A stretch of 52,198 bases of DNA from a virus, in the IMG/VR virus record IMGVR_UViG_3300012927_000002, positions 1 to 52,198 of that record; one strand, written 5' to 3'. The stretch's first letter is position 1, and the number at the start of each line of letters is the position of its first letter. Made by a program: the position numbers and the translations under genes. This document shows positions 18,884-25,972 of the stretch, one piece after another. The notes under the pieces were generated by a model. It saw only the letters and a list, made by a program, of their open reading frames with translations, did no database searches and had not been told where the DNA came from.

Positions 18884-19064
18884 CGGCTTTCTTCCTCGCG
18901 CAGTCGGCATCGCGGTGGACCTTGCACATCCGGTAGCGCTTTCCGGTGAACGGGTTGATGCCCGGCTTGCGCTCGCACTGGCGGCAACGACCGCGCCGGC
19001 GCTGCGCTGCGCGCGCATCGGCGACCTTCTGTGCGTGGATCTGTTTCTTCGTTGGCTTCGTCAT
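18876..19064 (-). CDS. Basic Cys-rich small protein
   Basis: 62 aa: MTKPTKKQIHAQK...GRCRQCERKP...CKVHRDADC. ATGA overlap with the upstream gene. Confidence 0.5.
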   Translation of the reverse strand: MTKPTKKQIHAQKVADARAAQRRRGRCRQCERKPGINPFTGKRYRMCKVHRDADCARKKADA

Positions 19065-19261
19065 CGGTCGGCCCTCTCGACCTCCAGGATGATGTCATAG
19101 CCCTTGACTGTGACAGCGCACGAGCGGTCGGCATCAACAAGCGGCTGGCCTTCCTGTACGATCTCGACCTCACCGGAGGACGTCTCGATGATCAGGAAAG
19201 CCACGCGACGCGTCCAACCCAGATCGCTCTCGTACACCATCGTGAACCTGATGGAATTCAC
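19061..19261 (-). CDS. Hypothetical small protein
   Basis: 66 aa from GTG 19261 (GTGA overlap): VNSIRFTMVYESDLGWTRRVAFLIIETSSGEVEIV... Confidence 0.4.
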   Translation of the reverse strand: MNSIRFTMVYESDLGWTRRVAFLIIETSSGEVEIVQEGQPLVDADRSCAVTVKGYDIILEVERADR

Positions 19262-19611
19262 GTCACTCCCAGAAGCTCGGCGCACAGGGCGTCCACGTCG
19301 AGCCGGCGAAGCGCTATCCGGATCAGCTTCGATCGGCTGACATCGCGGATTCCTGACGCTCGCAGTTTCCGCAGCATCGCATCCAGCCGCGCCAGGTCGT
19401 CGGGGTACATCGAGATGCATGTCGTGATGAAGCCCAGCACCCTGGCATCGCGATCCTGCGCTGGCGCGCGGCGACGATCGGGAGCGTTTTTGATCTTCTC
19501 AGCTCTGGCGATCAGATCGATGGCCTCCCGCCTTGGGGCGACCACGCGATCGACCCGGTTGGTCACCGAGCCATGCTCAACGAACGCCGTGCACACCGCG
19601 CGGAAAGTCAC
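19258..19611 (-). CDS. Ribbon-helix-helix-like DNA-binding protein
   Basis: 117 aa from GTG 19611. The C-terminus ITTCISMYPDDLARLDAMLRKLRASGIRDVSRSKLIRIALRRL has a strand-helix-helix pattern. Confidence 0.45.
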   Translation of the reverse strand: MTFRAVCTAFVEHGSVTNRVDRVVAPRREAIDLIARAEKIKNAPDRRRAPAQDRDARVLGFITTCISMYPDDLARLDAMLRKLRASGIRDVSRSKLIRIALRRLDVDALCAELLGVT

Positions 19612-19856
19612 ATGCCCTCGATGTAGATGCCACGATCGACGCACAGCGCGTAGAACAGGCGAGACACCCTGCGGCGCCAGACCTCGAGATGTGCGTTGTA
19701 GCGTGGGGTTCCAGCGATCCTACGCGCCTCGATGTCGAGTAACTCGAGCTCGTCGGGGTACGGGTGGCGCTTACCCGGCGGCGCGGTCCGCGGAGCCTCC
19801 CAGTCGGCATCGCCCATCACGGCCCACGGGCGAGGGGCGTAGGAGCCCTCGATCAC
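19608..19856 (-). CDS. Hypothetical protein
   Basis: 82 aa from GTG 19856 (GTGA overlap): VIEGSYAPRPWAVMGDADWEAP... Confidence 0.4.
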   Translation of the reverse strand: MIEGSYAPRPWAVMGDADWEAPRTAPPGKRHPYPDELELLDIEARRIAGTPRYNAHLEVWRRRVSRLFYALCVDRGIYIEGM

Positions 19857-20044
19857 CAGCCCCTCCGCTTCTTGCGCGCCATGCGAAGACGACGGGCCGT
19901 GCGCTTCTTCGCGCCAGAGGCCCATCGGAAGTACCGAAGGTTGGCCGCGGCGTGATGGGTCGCTGCCTTTATGCGAACATCGGGCGATGCCTCGCTGAGG
20001 CCAAGGCGATCGATGACCGCGCTCCATTCTTCGGGTCGCTTCAT
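19853..20044 (-). CDS. Hypothetical basic protein
   Basis: 63 aa from ATG 20044 (ATGA overlap with the RuvC-like stop): MKRPEEWSAVIDRLGLSEASPD... Confidence 0.4.
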   Translation of the reverse strand: MKRPEEWSAVIDRLGLSEASPDVRIKAATHHAAANLRYFRWASGAKKRTARRLRMARKKRRGW

Positions 20045-20537
20045 CGGAGCAACCCCTTTCCGCTGCCGACCTCCTCGGATCGCTCGCGGTACGTAATAGC
20101 GACCGCCAACGCTGACCACACGTCTCCGGTTACGCCGTGGAGCGGGCCCTTCTCCTTGGCATTTCCGATCGCGGCCCGCTTCCCGCCGTACTTCTCGATC
20201 AGCGCGGCGCGGACGTTCGAGTCGGTCGCCTTGTTCGAGTGGCATAGGTGGGCGCGGACGGTGGAGCGGAACACGCGATCGGTCCGTTTCCCCCAGCGCT
20301 CGATGAAACGGCCGATCCACACGCACGTCTGGAACACCTCGGCGCCCACCGGCATCCCGTAGCCCGCCACCATCTCGATGACGAGGACGCACAGGCTGTC
20401 GCATCCGAGGATGGTCATGAAGTCGAGCTCGCGCAACATCTCGGCATTCGGAAGCTTGCGGAAGCGAACGAGCTCGCGGCCGGACATCGCCACGTACGCG
20501 CTCTCCGTGGTACCGGGGTCGATGGCGACGAGGGTGA

Positions 20538-20541
<4 letters not shown>
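20041..20541 (-). CDS. RuvC-like Holliday junction resolvase
   Basis: 166 aa. MITLVAIDPGTTESAYV (Asp), VLVIEMV (Glu) and GVTGDVWSALAVA (Asp) match the RuvC-fold acidic residues as remembered. Confidence 0.6.
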
Positions 20542-20899
<358 letters not shown>

Positions 20900-20903
<4 letters not shown>

Positions 20904-21184
20904 TTGCGCGCTCGCATGTTGCGGGCCATCCACGACGACCACACCGCGTCATCGCACTCGACTTCACCGCCGGGCAATGCGAGGACGTGGACGCGAACCG
21001 TGCCGTAGAAGTCCAGCACGGTATCGCCGGTGGGGCCATTGAGCGCCAGCTCCCCGAGGCCGCCCGCCGTGCCCCAGCGTCGGATGTTGTAGCAGTCCGT
21101 GATCACGATCAGATCCTGAATCCGAGCGACCTTGCCCACGTAGACCCATCCACGATCCGCGATCACGATTTGGTATTCACTCAT
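20900..21184 (-). CDS. Conserved-looking hypothetical protein
   Basis: 94 aa. MSEYQIVIADRGWVYVGKV...NIRRWGTAGGLGELALNGPTGDT reads like a conserved phage domain, but I cannot name the family with confidence. Confidence 0.55.
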
Positions 21185-21476
21185 GTGTCACCGGAATAGC
21201 GCGATCTTCCGGTGACACGCAAGAAGATTGTTCCGGTGACGCCGCAGGCCTCGGCATGAACGAGGCGATCAGGTCCGCGATCGCCTTGAGCTTGGAGCGC
21301 GGCACCAGCGCGAGCCCGCCTGCGCAGCGGTCGGGGACGTCCATCACAACCTCGAGCGTCGTCACCAGGCCATCGCAGACGGAAGACCTGCATCGCCGGC
21401 GCCGCCGCGCGCCGGAGGGCGAGTCGCGGGTCTCGGTGACCTGGGTGTCGCCGCCGCAGATGGGGCAGGCGATCAT
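21177..21476 (-). CDS. NrdR-like zinc-ribbon protein lacking an ATP-cone
   Basis: 99 aa. MIACPICGGDTQVTETRDSPSGARRRRRCRSSVCDGLVTTLEVV parallels the NrdR N-terminus (CPxC..T.V..R....RRRRxC..C...TT.E). Confidence 0.5.
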   Translation of the reverse strand: MIACPICGGDTQVTETRDSPSGARRRRRCRSSVCDGLVTTLEVVMDVPDRCAGGLALVPRSKLKAIADLIASFMPRPAASPEQSSCVSPEDRAIPVTHE

Positions 21477-21679
21477 CGCGACGTCCGCACGCCGGGGCCG
21501 GGGATCCCGGTCGGAGGGGGGCGATCGGGTTGCCGGGCCGGCGCGGGAAGGGAATCGTTGCCACAGCAGTTAGCGATCCACGCCCCGGCGGTGAGCCTCG
21601 GATGGTGCTCGCGCCGAACGCGCCCAGACAGCCCGCGGACGCACCAGCCGATGACGAAGCCGAGGAACGCGGCGAACAT
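21473..21679 (-). CDS. Small membrane protein (N-terminal TM MFAAFLGFVIGWCV)
   Basis: 68 aa from ATG 21679 (TGATG junction with the regulator gene). Its stop overlaps the next start as ATGA. Confidence 0.45.
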   Translation of the reverse strand: MFAAFLGFVIGWCVRGLSGRVRREHHPRLTAGAWIANCCGNDSLPAPARQPDRPPPTGIPGPGVRTSR

Positions 21680-22224
21680 CACGCCGCCACCTTCGCGGCT
21701 TCGGCCTTCGCGCGCGCGGCGTCGATCTTGTCCTGGAGCTCGGCGAGCTGGGACATGACCGCATCCCCGGTCGTGAAGGCTGGGAGGCCGAGCGCGAACA
21801 GGGCCTCGCACATCTCGCAGCTTCGCGACGGGTCGCCCTCGAGCTTGCCGTCGAGGCCGCACGCGCAGAGCGCCCATCCCGCGGGCTGCTCAGCCGCGGT
21901 GACGGTAAGCGCCACCAGATCCGTCATCGCCTGAAAGATCCGGTCGTAGCCCTTTGACTTGGAGCGGAGAGAGTTGGACTTCTTCCAGTATTCACGCTGC
22001 TTTAGGCTGTACTCACTGAGCGGAGTACGCTCCCAGGCCGACAGGAACTCGGCTCGCTTCTCGCCCTCCAGCTGAAATGTGGCCGCCAGCCGCTGGGCGC
22101 GCTCCGCGCTGATCACGCGATGGGAGGCGGACTCGACGTTTCCGTAGGTCGAGAGCTTCACGCCGATTGCCTGCGCAACCTCGCGTTGTTTCATGGCTTT
22201 TTCGATCCTGTACGATCGAGACAT
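21679..22224 (-). CDS. XRE-family helix-turn-helix transcriptional regulator (repressor/Cro-like) with a C-terminal Cys cluster
   Basis: YRIEKAMKQREVAQAIGVKLSTYGNVESASHRVISAERAQRLA is a classic HTH_3 pattern. It is the first gene of the minus-strand operon and faces the AT-rich control region. The start is uncertain (22224, 22257 or 22194). Confidence 0.75.
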   Translation of the reverse strand: MSRSYRIEKAMKQREVAQAIGVKLSTYGNVESASHRVISAERAQRLAATFQLEGEKRAEFLSAWERTPLSEYSLKQREYWKKSNSLRSKSKGYDRIFQAMTDLVALTVTAAEQPAGWALCACGLDGKLEGDPSRSCEMCEALFALGLPAFTTGDAVMSQLAELQDKIDAARAKAEAAKVAA

Positions 22225-22415
22225 TATACCAAAGTCGGACTTTTGGGATGAATTCATAATGTCATGTTGAACGCAACATGAGGGGTTAGTCAAGGTCTTC
22301 GAGTAATGAGCTAACTAACCCGTTGGATAAGTTGAAGTATATAGTAATTTTACCCGGCCATTCAATCCTGGTTGGTTACACTTTCTATCGAATGTTAGTT
22401 GTGATCTCTATATTA

Positions 22416-22459
22416 CTCTCCTTCTCCCCGGTCCTAAAGAGGACCGGTGGAGAAGAGAG
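22416..22459. other. Long imperfect stem-loop (about 19 bp, loop aaag)
   Basis: ctctccttctccccggtcct-aaag-aggaccggtggagaagagag. There are two single-nt bulges and no flanking U-tract on either strand. Confidence 0.7.
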
Positions 22460-22726
22460 AGGGGTGAGGGGACAAGAGTAAGGGGGAAACGACTCCCGGA
22501 CCCCGGTCGACCTGGAATCCGGGTGCTGACGTACCCACCTAGCACAAGCCGACGACGATTCGCATTAAACTGCTGGAATCGTTCACATGTCGCGGTTTTT
22601 TGCTGGCCTATGACAAAAAAGTCATGATGACTGTATGCACCAAGACATTTCTGTCGCACTTAGTGTACTTTGAACACGATTTTTGGTGAGAGGTAGCCGA
22701 GCTGTCGCACCCCCACCCCACGCGAC

Positions 22727-22984
22727 GATATCCTTAGGCCCTGCACCTGGTTACACCCCACGTCCTGCTCCCACGTCCTGCTCATGGCCCTGCACCAGCG
22801 GCCCGAACCGAGCTCGATGCGGTCACCGGGCGCCGATGCCACATGCCCAAAATCGCGCCAGAACAGGGCTAGGCTGCACGTTCGATGCACCGGCCGCATA
22901 ACCACCGGACCCACGCACTGAACGCGCCTCCGGTCATCCTATCGGAGCACTGCCGGAGCAGTAGGGCCTAAGGCTTAGGATATC
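22727..22984. repeat. 16-nt inverted repeat pair flanking about 220 nt
   Basis: gatatccttaggccct (22727-22742) versus agggcctaagg[cttagg]atatc (22963-22984). The interior contains the tandem cacgtcctgctc x2. Confidence 0.7.
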
Positions 22985-23196
22985 AACGCGTGATCATGCG
23001 TTACAGATCGCCAAGTGATTGAAATCGTTGGTGTGACAGGTCGTCACGTCGACCGTTGCTTTTCGCCACGATCGCTCCCATATCCTAACGCTAGCTACTG
23101 TAGCGCCGCCTAAGCATATGGGATTTTGAGGTTGGCACGAAGATCGCAGATGGATTTCTCGTCGCTAGATTCCCCCCACCGTAGGAGACACGCACC

Positions 23197-23337
23197 ATGC
23201 ACACCCTTCCCACCACGTCGCCGTACGCCACCATGACCGCCGCCGAGGTACTGGCTACCGTGGCCGCCCGGCTCGAGCAGTACGCCGCGGAGGACGCCGA
23301 GCGCGCCGCCCGGTTCGCCGCCCTGATGTCCGCCTAA
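23197..23337 (+). CDS. Hypothetical small early protein (46 aa)
   Basis: Hand-translated as MHTLPTTSPYATMTAAEVLATVAARLEQYAAEDAERAARFAALMSA. It is preceded by taGGAGacacgcaccATG, the same SD context as the other early genes. Confidence 0.5.
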   Translation: MHTLPTTSPYATMTAAEVLATVAARLEQYAAEDAERAARFAALMSA

Positions 23338-23370
23338 CCCTAACCCTAACCCACGTCACACACAGGAGAT

Positions 23371-23664
23371 ATGCACATGTCGAACACCGCCATCACGACC
23401 CGCCCCACCACGTACCCCGCCATCGACCGCCTCGTGAAGCACGTCCGGGACGCCTGCCGCGAGGAGCTCGTGCACTATGCCGGGGCCGCGCACCGCGACG
23501 CCTTCGCCTGGCTCGTGGTGCAGGCGTTCCTGTCGCACCCCGAGCTGTGCGAGGCGGACCTCCGGGTCAAGGCCCACACGGCTCGGGGGCAGACCGTGGA
23601 CGCGGCGTACATGCGCCGCCACTACTCGACCACGACCGGCCAGCACTGGGCACCCCAGGGCTGA
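23371..23664 (+). CDS. Hypothetical early protein
   Basis: 97 aa. SD acAGGAGatatgcacATG. The start is 23371 or 23377. Confidence 0.55.
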   Translation: MHMSNTAITTRPTTYPAIDRLVKHVRDACREELVHYAGAAHRDAFAWLVVQAFLSHPELCEADLRVKAHTARGQTVDAAYMRRHYSTTTGQHWAPQG

Positions 23665-23730
23665 GGGACTGGTAGGGCCCGCGACCCCAGGGTCGTGCGG
23701 CTGTGCCGGTCGCCTCAACGAGCACCCACT

Positions 23731-23779
23731 CCGTCAAGCGTCGTACTCGACGCACCACGTCAAACCAGGAGCACGCACC
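23731..23779 (+). promoter_or_regulatory. Early intergenic element copy 1 (RTCAAAC-N3-GTACTCG-N9-RTCAAAC-CAGGAG)
   Basis: ccGTCAAGCgtcGTACTCGacgcaccacGTCAAACCAGGAGcacgcaccATG. The half-sites lie 26 nt apart. Confidence 0.6.
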
Positions 23780-24139
23780 ATGCGCAACCTCGCCCCGTCC
23801 AGCCGCGCCACCCTCGCAGACATCATCTCGGACCGCCGAGCGGCAGCTACCGCGTGGCTTCGCGACACCATCGCCCCGTCCAGCCTCACCGCCCTGCCTC
23901 ACCCGACGCACAACCTCGCCGAGCTCGAGTCCGCGTTCAACGCGCGGCGCCTCGAGCTGGCCCACCACGAGCGGGTCACGGCCTGGATCGCCAGCATCGC
24001 GCCCCAGGTCCGCACCGTGGCACCCCATAGGGCGCCGCGCGATGGCCGGGGCCGCTTCCTGAGCAAGGCGTGGCTGCAGCGCGCCGAGACGTTCACCGCC
24101 GCCGACCTCGCGTTCTTCCGCTCGCCGCTCAACGGCTAG
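23780..24139 (+). CDS. Hypothetical early protein
   Basis: 119 aa from the ATG after element 1 (MRNLAPSSRATLADIISDRRAAATAWLRD...). The longer track ORF start was rejected. Confidence 0.55.
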   Translation: MRNLAPSSRATLADIISDRRAAATAWLRDTIAPSSLTALPHPTHNLAELESAFNARRLELAHHERVTAWIASIAPQVRTVAPHRAPRDGRGRFLSKAWLQRAETFTAADLAFFRSPLNG

Positions 24140-24184
24140 CGCTTGACAGCACAGCTACCCAACGCTACACAGGAGACACGCACC

Positions 24185-24592
24185 ATGCGCCGAACCATCG
24201 CCGCCATCGTCCTGGCCATCACGACCACTGCCCACGCTGCACCTCGCCACAAGGCGCACAAGCCCCGCGCCGAGTCGAAGTGGGTGCGCGACTGCATCCA
24301 CGAGCGGACCGGCCCCACCGAGGGCATCACGGTCGCCGAAGCCCGCCGCATCTGCGTCGCCGAGGAGCCGGAGGACGAGGTCGGCGCGGCGCGGCGCGGC
24401 CTCACCCTGGCCCGGCTCAACGCCAAGGTGGCCAAGGCCAAGGCGCGGGTCGCCAAGGCCATCGAGACGTGCGAGCAGGCGGTCACGGACCGCTGCGTCG
24501 AGCTCGCGAAGCCCGACGGCAGCACCGACTGCGAGGACACCGGGCTGCGCGCCGAGTTCAACCTGGTGTGCCTCGCCGCGGAGGGCAAGTAG
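24185..24592 (+). CDS. Secreted Cys-containing early protein (signal peptide MRRTIAAIVLAITTTAHA/AP)
   Basis: 135 aa from the ATG after ACAGGAGacacgcaccATG. It has a typical n-h-c signal peptide with AHA-A, and 6 Cys in the mature part. Confidence 0.6.
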   Translation: MRRTIAAIVLAITTTAHAAPRHKAHKPRAESKWVRDCIHERTGPTEGITVAEARRICVAEEPEDEVGAARRGLTLARLNAKVAKAKARVAKAIETCEQAVTDRCVELAKPDGSTDCEDTGLRAEFNLVCLAAEGK

Positions 24593-24594
24593 CC

Positions 24595-24801
24595 ATGGAC
24601 CCGACCGCCTGTCTGCGCCGCATCGACCTCCCCGTGCGCATCAACGCTGACACCCAGTACGCCATGCTGGACCTGCACACGTGGCTCCTGGGCAAGGGCT
24701 TCTCGCCGGACTGGGCGCGCTACCCCCGCGGCACGCGCCGCTTCCGGCGCAAGTTCGGGACGTGGCCGGGCATGACCAGCCGCGGCGCGGTCGCCAAGTA
24801 G
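24595..24801 (+). CDS. Hypothetical early protein
   Basis: 68 aa: MDPTACLRRIDLPVRINADTQYAMLDLHTWLLGKGFSPDW.... It starts 3 nt after the upstream stop. Confidence 0.5.
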   Translation: MDPTACLRRIDLPVRINADTQYAMLDLHTWLLGKGFSPDWARYPRGTRRFRRKFGTWPGMTSRGAVAK

Positions 24802-24850
24802 CACCCCGGATCCAGCGCGCGACCCTCGCCCACCGGCGACTCACCCCATC

Positions 24851-24897
24851 CCGTCAAACATCGTACTCGTGATGCCAAGTCACATCCAGGAGACACC
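24851..24897 (+). promoter_or_regulatory. Early intergenic element copy 2
   Basis: ccGTCAAACatcGTACTCGtgatgccaaGTCACATCCAGGAGacaccATG. Half-site spacing is 26 nt. Confidence 0.6.
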
Positions 24898-25308
24898 ATG
24901 TCGACCGACCCCAACCGCTGCTTTCAGCTCCGCGTTCGCATCCCCGGTAACGGCGCGACCCAGCCGGCCCCGGTGTGCACCATCACCGCCTACGACCACA
25001 ACTGGTCGCTGGCCGACAGCCACGGCCGCATCGACGTCGAGGTGCGCCACGACGGCGCGGTCGTGTTCCCGCTCGGTCAGCTGTACTGCGCCGTCAGCAA
25101 GGCGTGCGGCCACAGCTCCGATGGCAAGGCGGCCCGCGAGCTCGTGATGTCGCTGGTCGCGATGCGGCCCTCGGCGCGCGGCGGTGAGGGCGAGGACTAC
25201 TACGCCGGATACACCCCCGAGCAGCTTGCGTGGGTCGAGGCGCACGGCGAGGACATCGACATGGAGCGCGAGCGCCGCTACTGCGACGAGAACGGGGAGG
25301 TCAAGTAG
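24898..25308 (+). CDS. Hypothetical early protein
   Basis: 136 aa ORF directly after element 2. Confidence 0.6.
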   Translation: MSTDPNRCFQLRVRIPGNGATQPAPVCTITAYDHNWSLADSHGRIDVEVRHDGAVVFPLGQLYCAVSKACGHSSDGKAARELVMSLVAMRPSARGGEGEDYYAGYTPEQLAWVEAHGEDIDMERERRYCDENGEVK

Positions 25309-25310
25309 CC

Positions 25311-25556
25311 ATGGCGGACGTGGCCATCGCCTACCTCGACGACAAGCGCGTGACCGCCAAGCGCGCGACCACGCCGCCGATTCACCGGAGCGCCTCGGGC
25401 TACGGCAGTAAGATCCCGACCCAGTGGCTCCTGCAGATCGACGGCAAGCGCTGGCATCGCGTCTACGTGGTGCAGTGGTCCAACGCGGGATCCTGCTACG
25501 TCCTCGTCGGCGGTGAGCGGCTCTTTCTCGGCAGCTATGACCCTGGTTTGGACTGA
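25311..25556 (+). CDS. Hypothetical early protein
   Basis: 81 aa: MADVAIAYLDDKRV...SGYGSKIPTQWLLQIDGKRWHRVYVVQWSNAGSCYV. It looks conserved, but the family is not named. Confidence 0.55.
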   Translation: MADVAIAYLDDKRVTAKRATTPPIHRSASGYGSKIPTQWLLQIDGKRWHRVYVVQWSNAGSCYVLVGGERLFLGSYDPGLD

Positions 25557-25638
25557 GCACCCCGGGCCCGCGGCGCCCATCGGCTGCACCACGCGTTGTG
25601 GTGGGCTGACCGACGCCACGCCTCACCAGGAGCGCACC

Positions 25639-25914
25639 ATGCACCACGCCACCCACACCATCGAGCTCGACGCGATCGCCGCGACCCAGGATCTCGCCAA
25701 GGCGCTGCGCAGCTACCACCTCGCCACGCGGCGGCCCCGCAAGCGCTCGTGCTGGGCGTTCGTCGTCACGTGGCTGTGGTCGGCGCGCCGCGATGCGATC
25801 TGCGAGGGCGCACTGCGCCGCTTCACCCCCGAGTACGACGCGGTGAGCGATTGCCTCCGCGACGCCTCGGCCCGGCTTCACCGCTGCCAGGCGGACGCCG
25901 ACCTCCGCGTGTAG
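25639..25914 (+). CDS. Hypothetical early protein
   Basis: 91 aa from the ATG after ACCAGGAGcgcaccATG. The hairpin caccacgcgttgtggtg lies upstream. Confidence 0.5.
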   Translation: MHHATHTIELDAIAATQDLAKALRSYHLATRRPRKRSCWAFVVTWLWSARRDAICEGALRRFTPEYDAVSDCLRDASARLHRCQADADLRV

Positions 25915-25926
25915 CGAGACGCCACT

Positions 25927-25972
25927 CCATCAAACTTAGTGCTCGTAACCCCAAGTCAAACCAGAGGACTCC
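25927..25972 (+). promoter_or_regulatory. Early intergenic element copy 3
   Basis: ccATCAAACttaGTGCTCGtaaccccaaGTCAAACCAGAGGactccATG. Half-site spacing is 26 nt. Confidence 0.6.

Larger units (their letters stand above)
22225..23196. other. About 970-bp non-coding, AT-enriched control region between divergent operons
   Basis: No convincing ORF. The lowest-GC stretch of the window is at 22294-22420. Several palindromes (gtcatgatgac, gtgacaggtcgtcac, gctactgtagc), a hairpin and direct and inverted repeats are present. Confidence 0.7.

Noticed and set aside
22226-22231. Perfect extended -10 (tTGgTATAAT on the minus strand) abutting the ATG at 22224
   Set aside because: If it were used, transcription would begin inside the ORF and remove helix 1 of the HTH domain. 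It is kept only as the reason the regulator's start codon is marked uncertain (22194 is the alternative).
22408-22914. Two abutting minus-strand ORFs (83 and 84 aa) and a plus-strand 72-aa ORF inside the control region
   Set aside because: They have no SD or coupling context. Their composition is unlike the phage's other genes, their sequences are Arg/Pro/Gly-rich or odd, and they overlap the hairpins and repeats. I treat them as non-coding, although a degraded gene remnant cannot be excluded.
23332-23352. Telomere-like (CCCTAA)3 repeat between the first two early genes
   Set aside because: There are only three units, it lies in an intergenic spacer of a circular genome, and no protelomerase or linear-plasmid features are present. 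It is most likely chance or a minor slippage product.
24143-24171. TTGACA-17 nt-TACACA as a definite promoter for the secreted-protein gene
   Set aside because: The predicted start would fall at or after the GGAG SD, and the -10 is weak. It is mentioned in a finding but not annotated as a feature.
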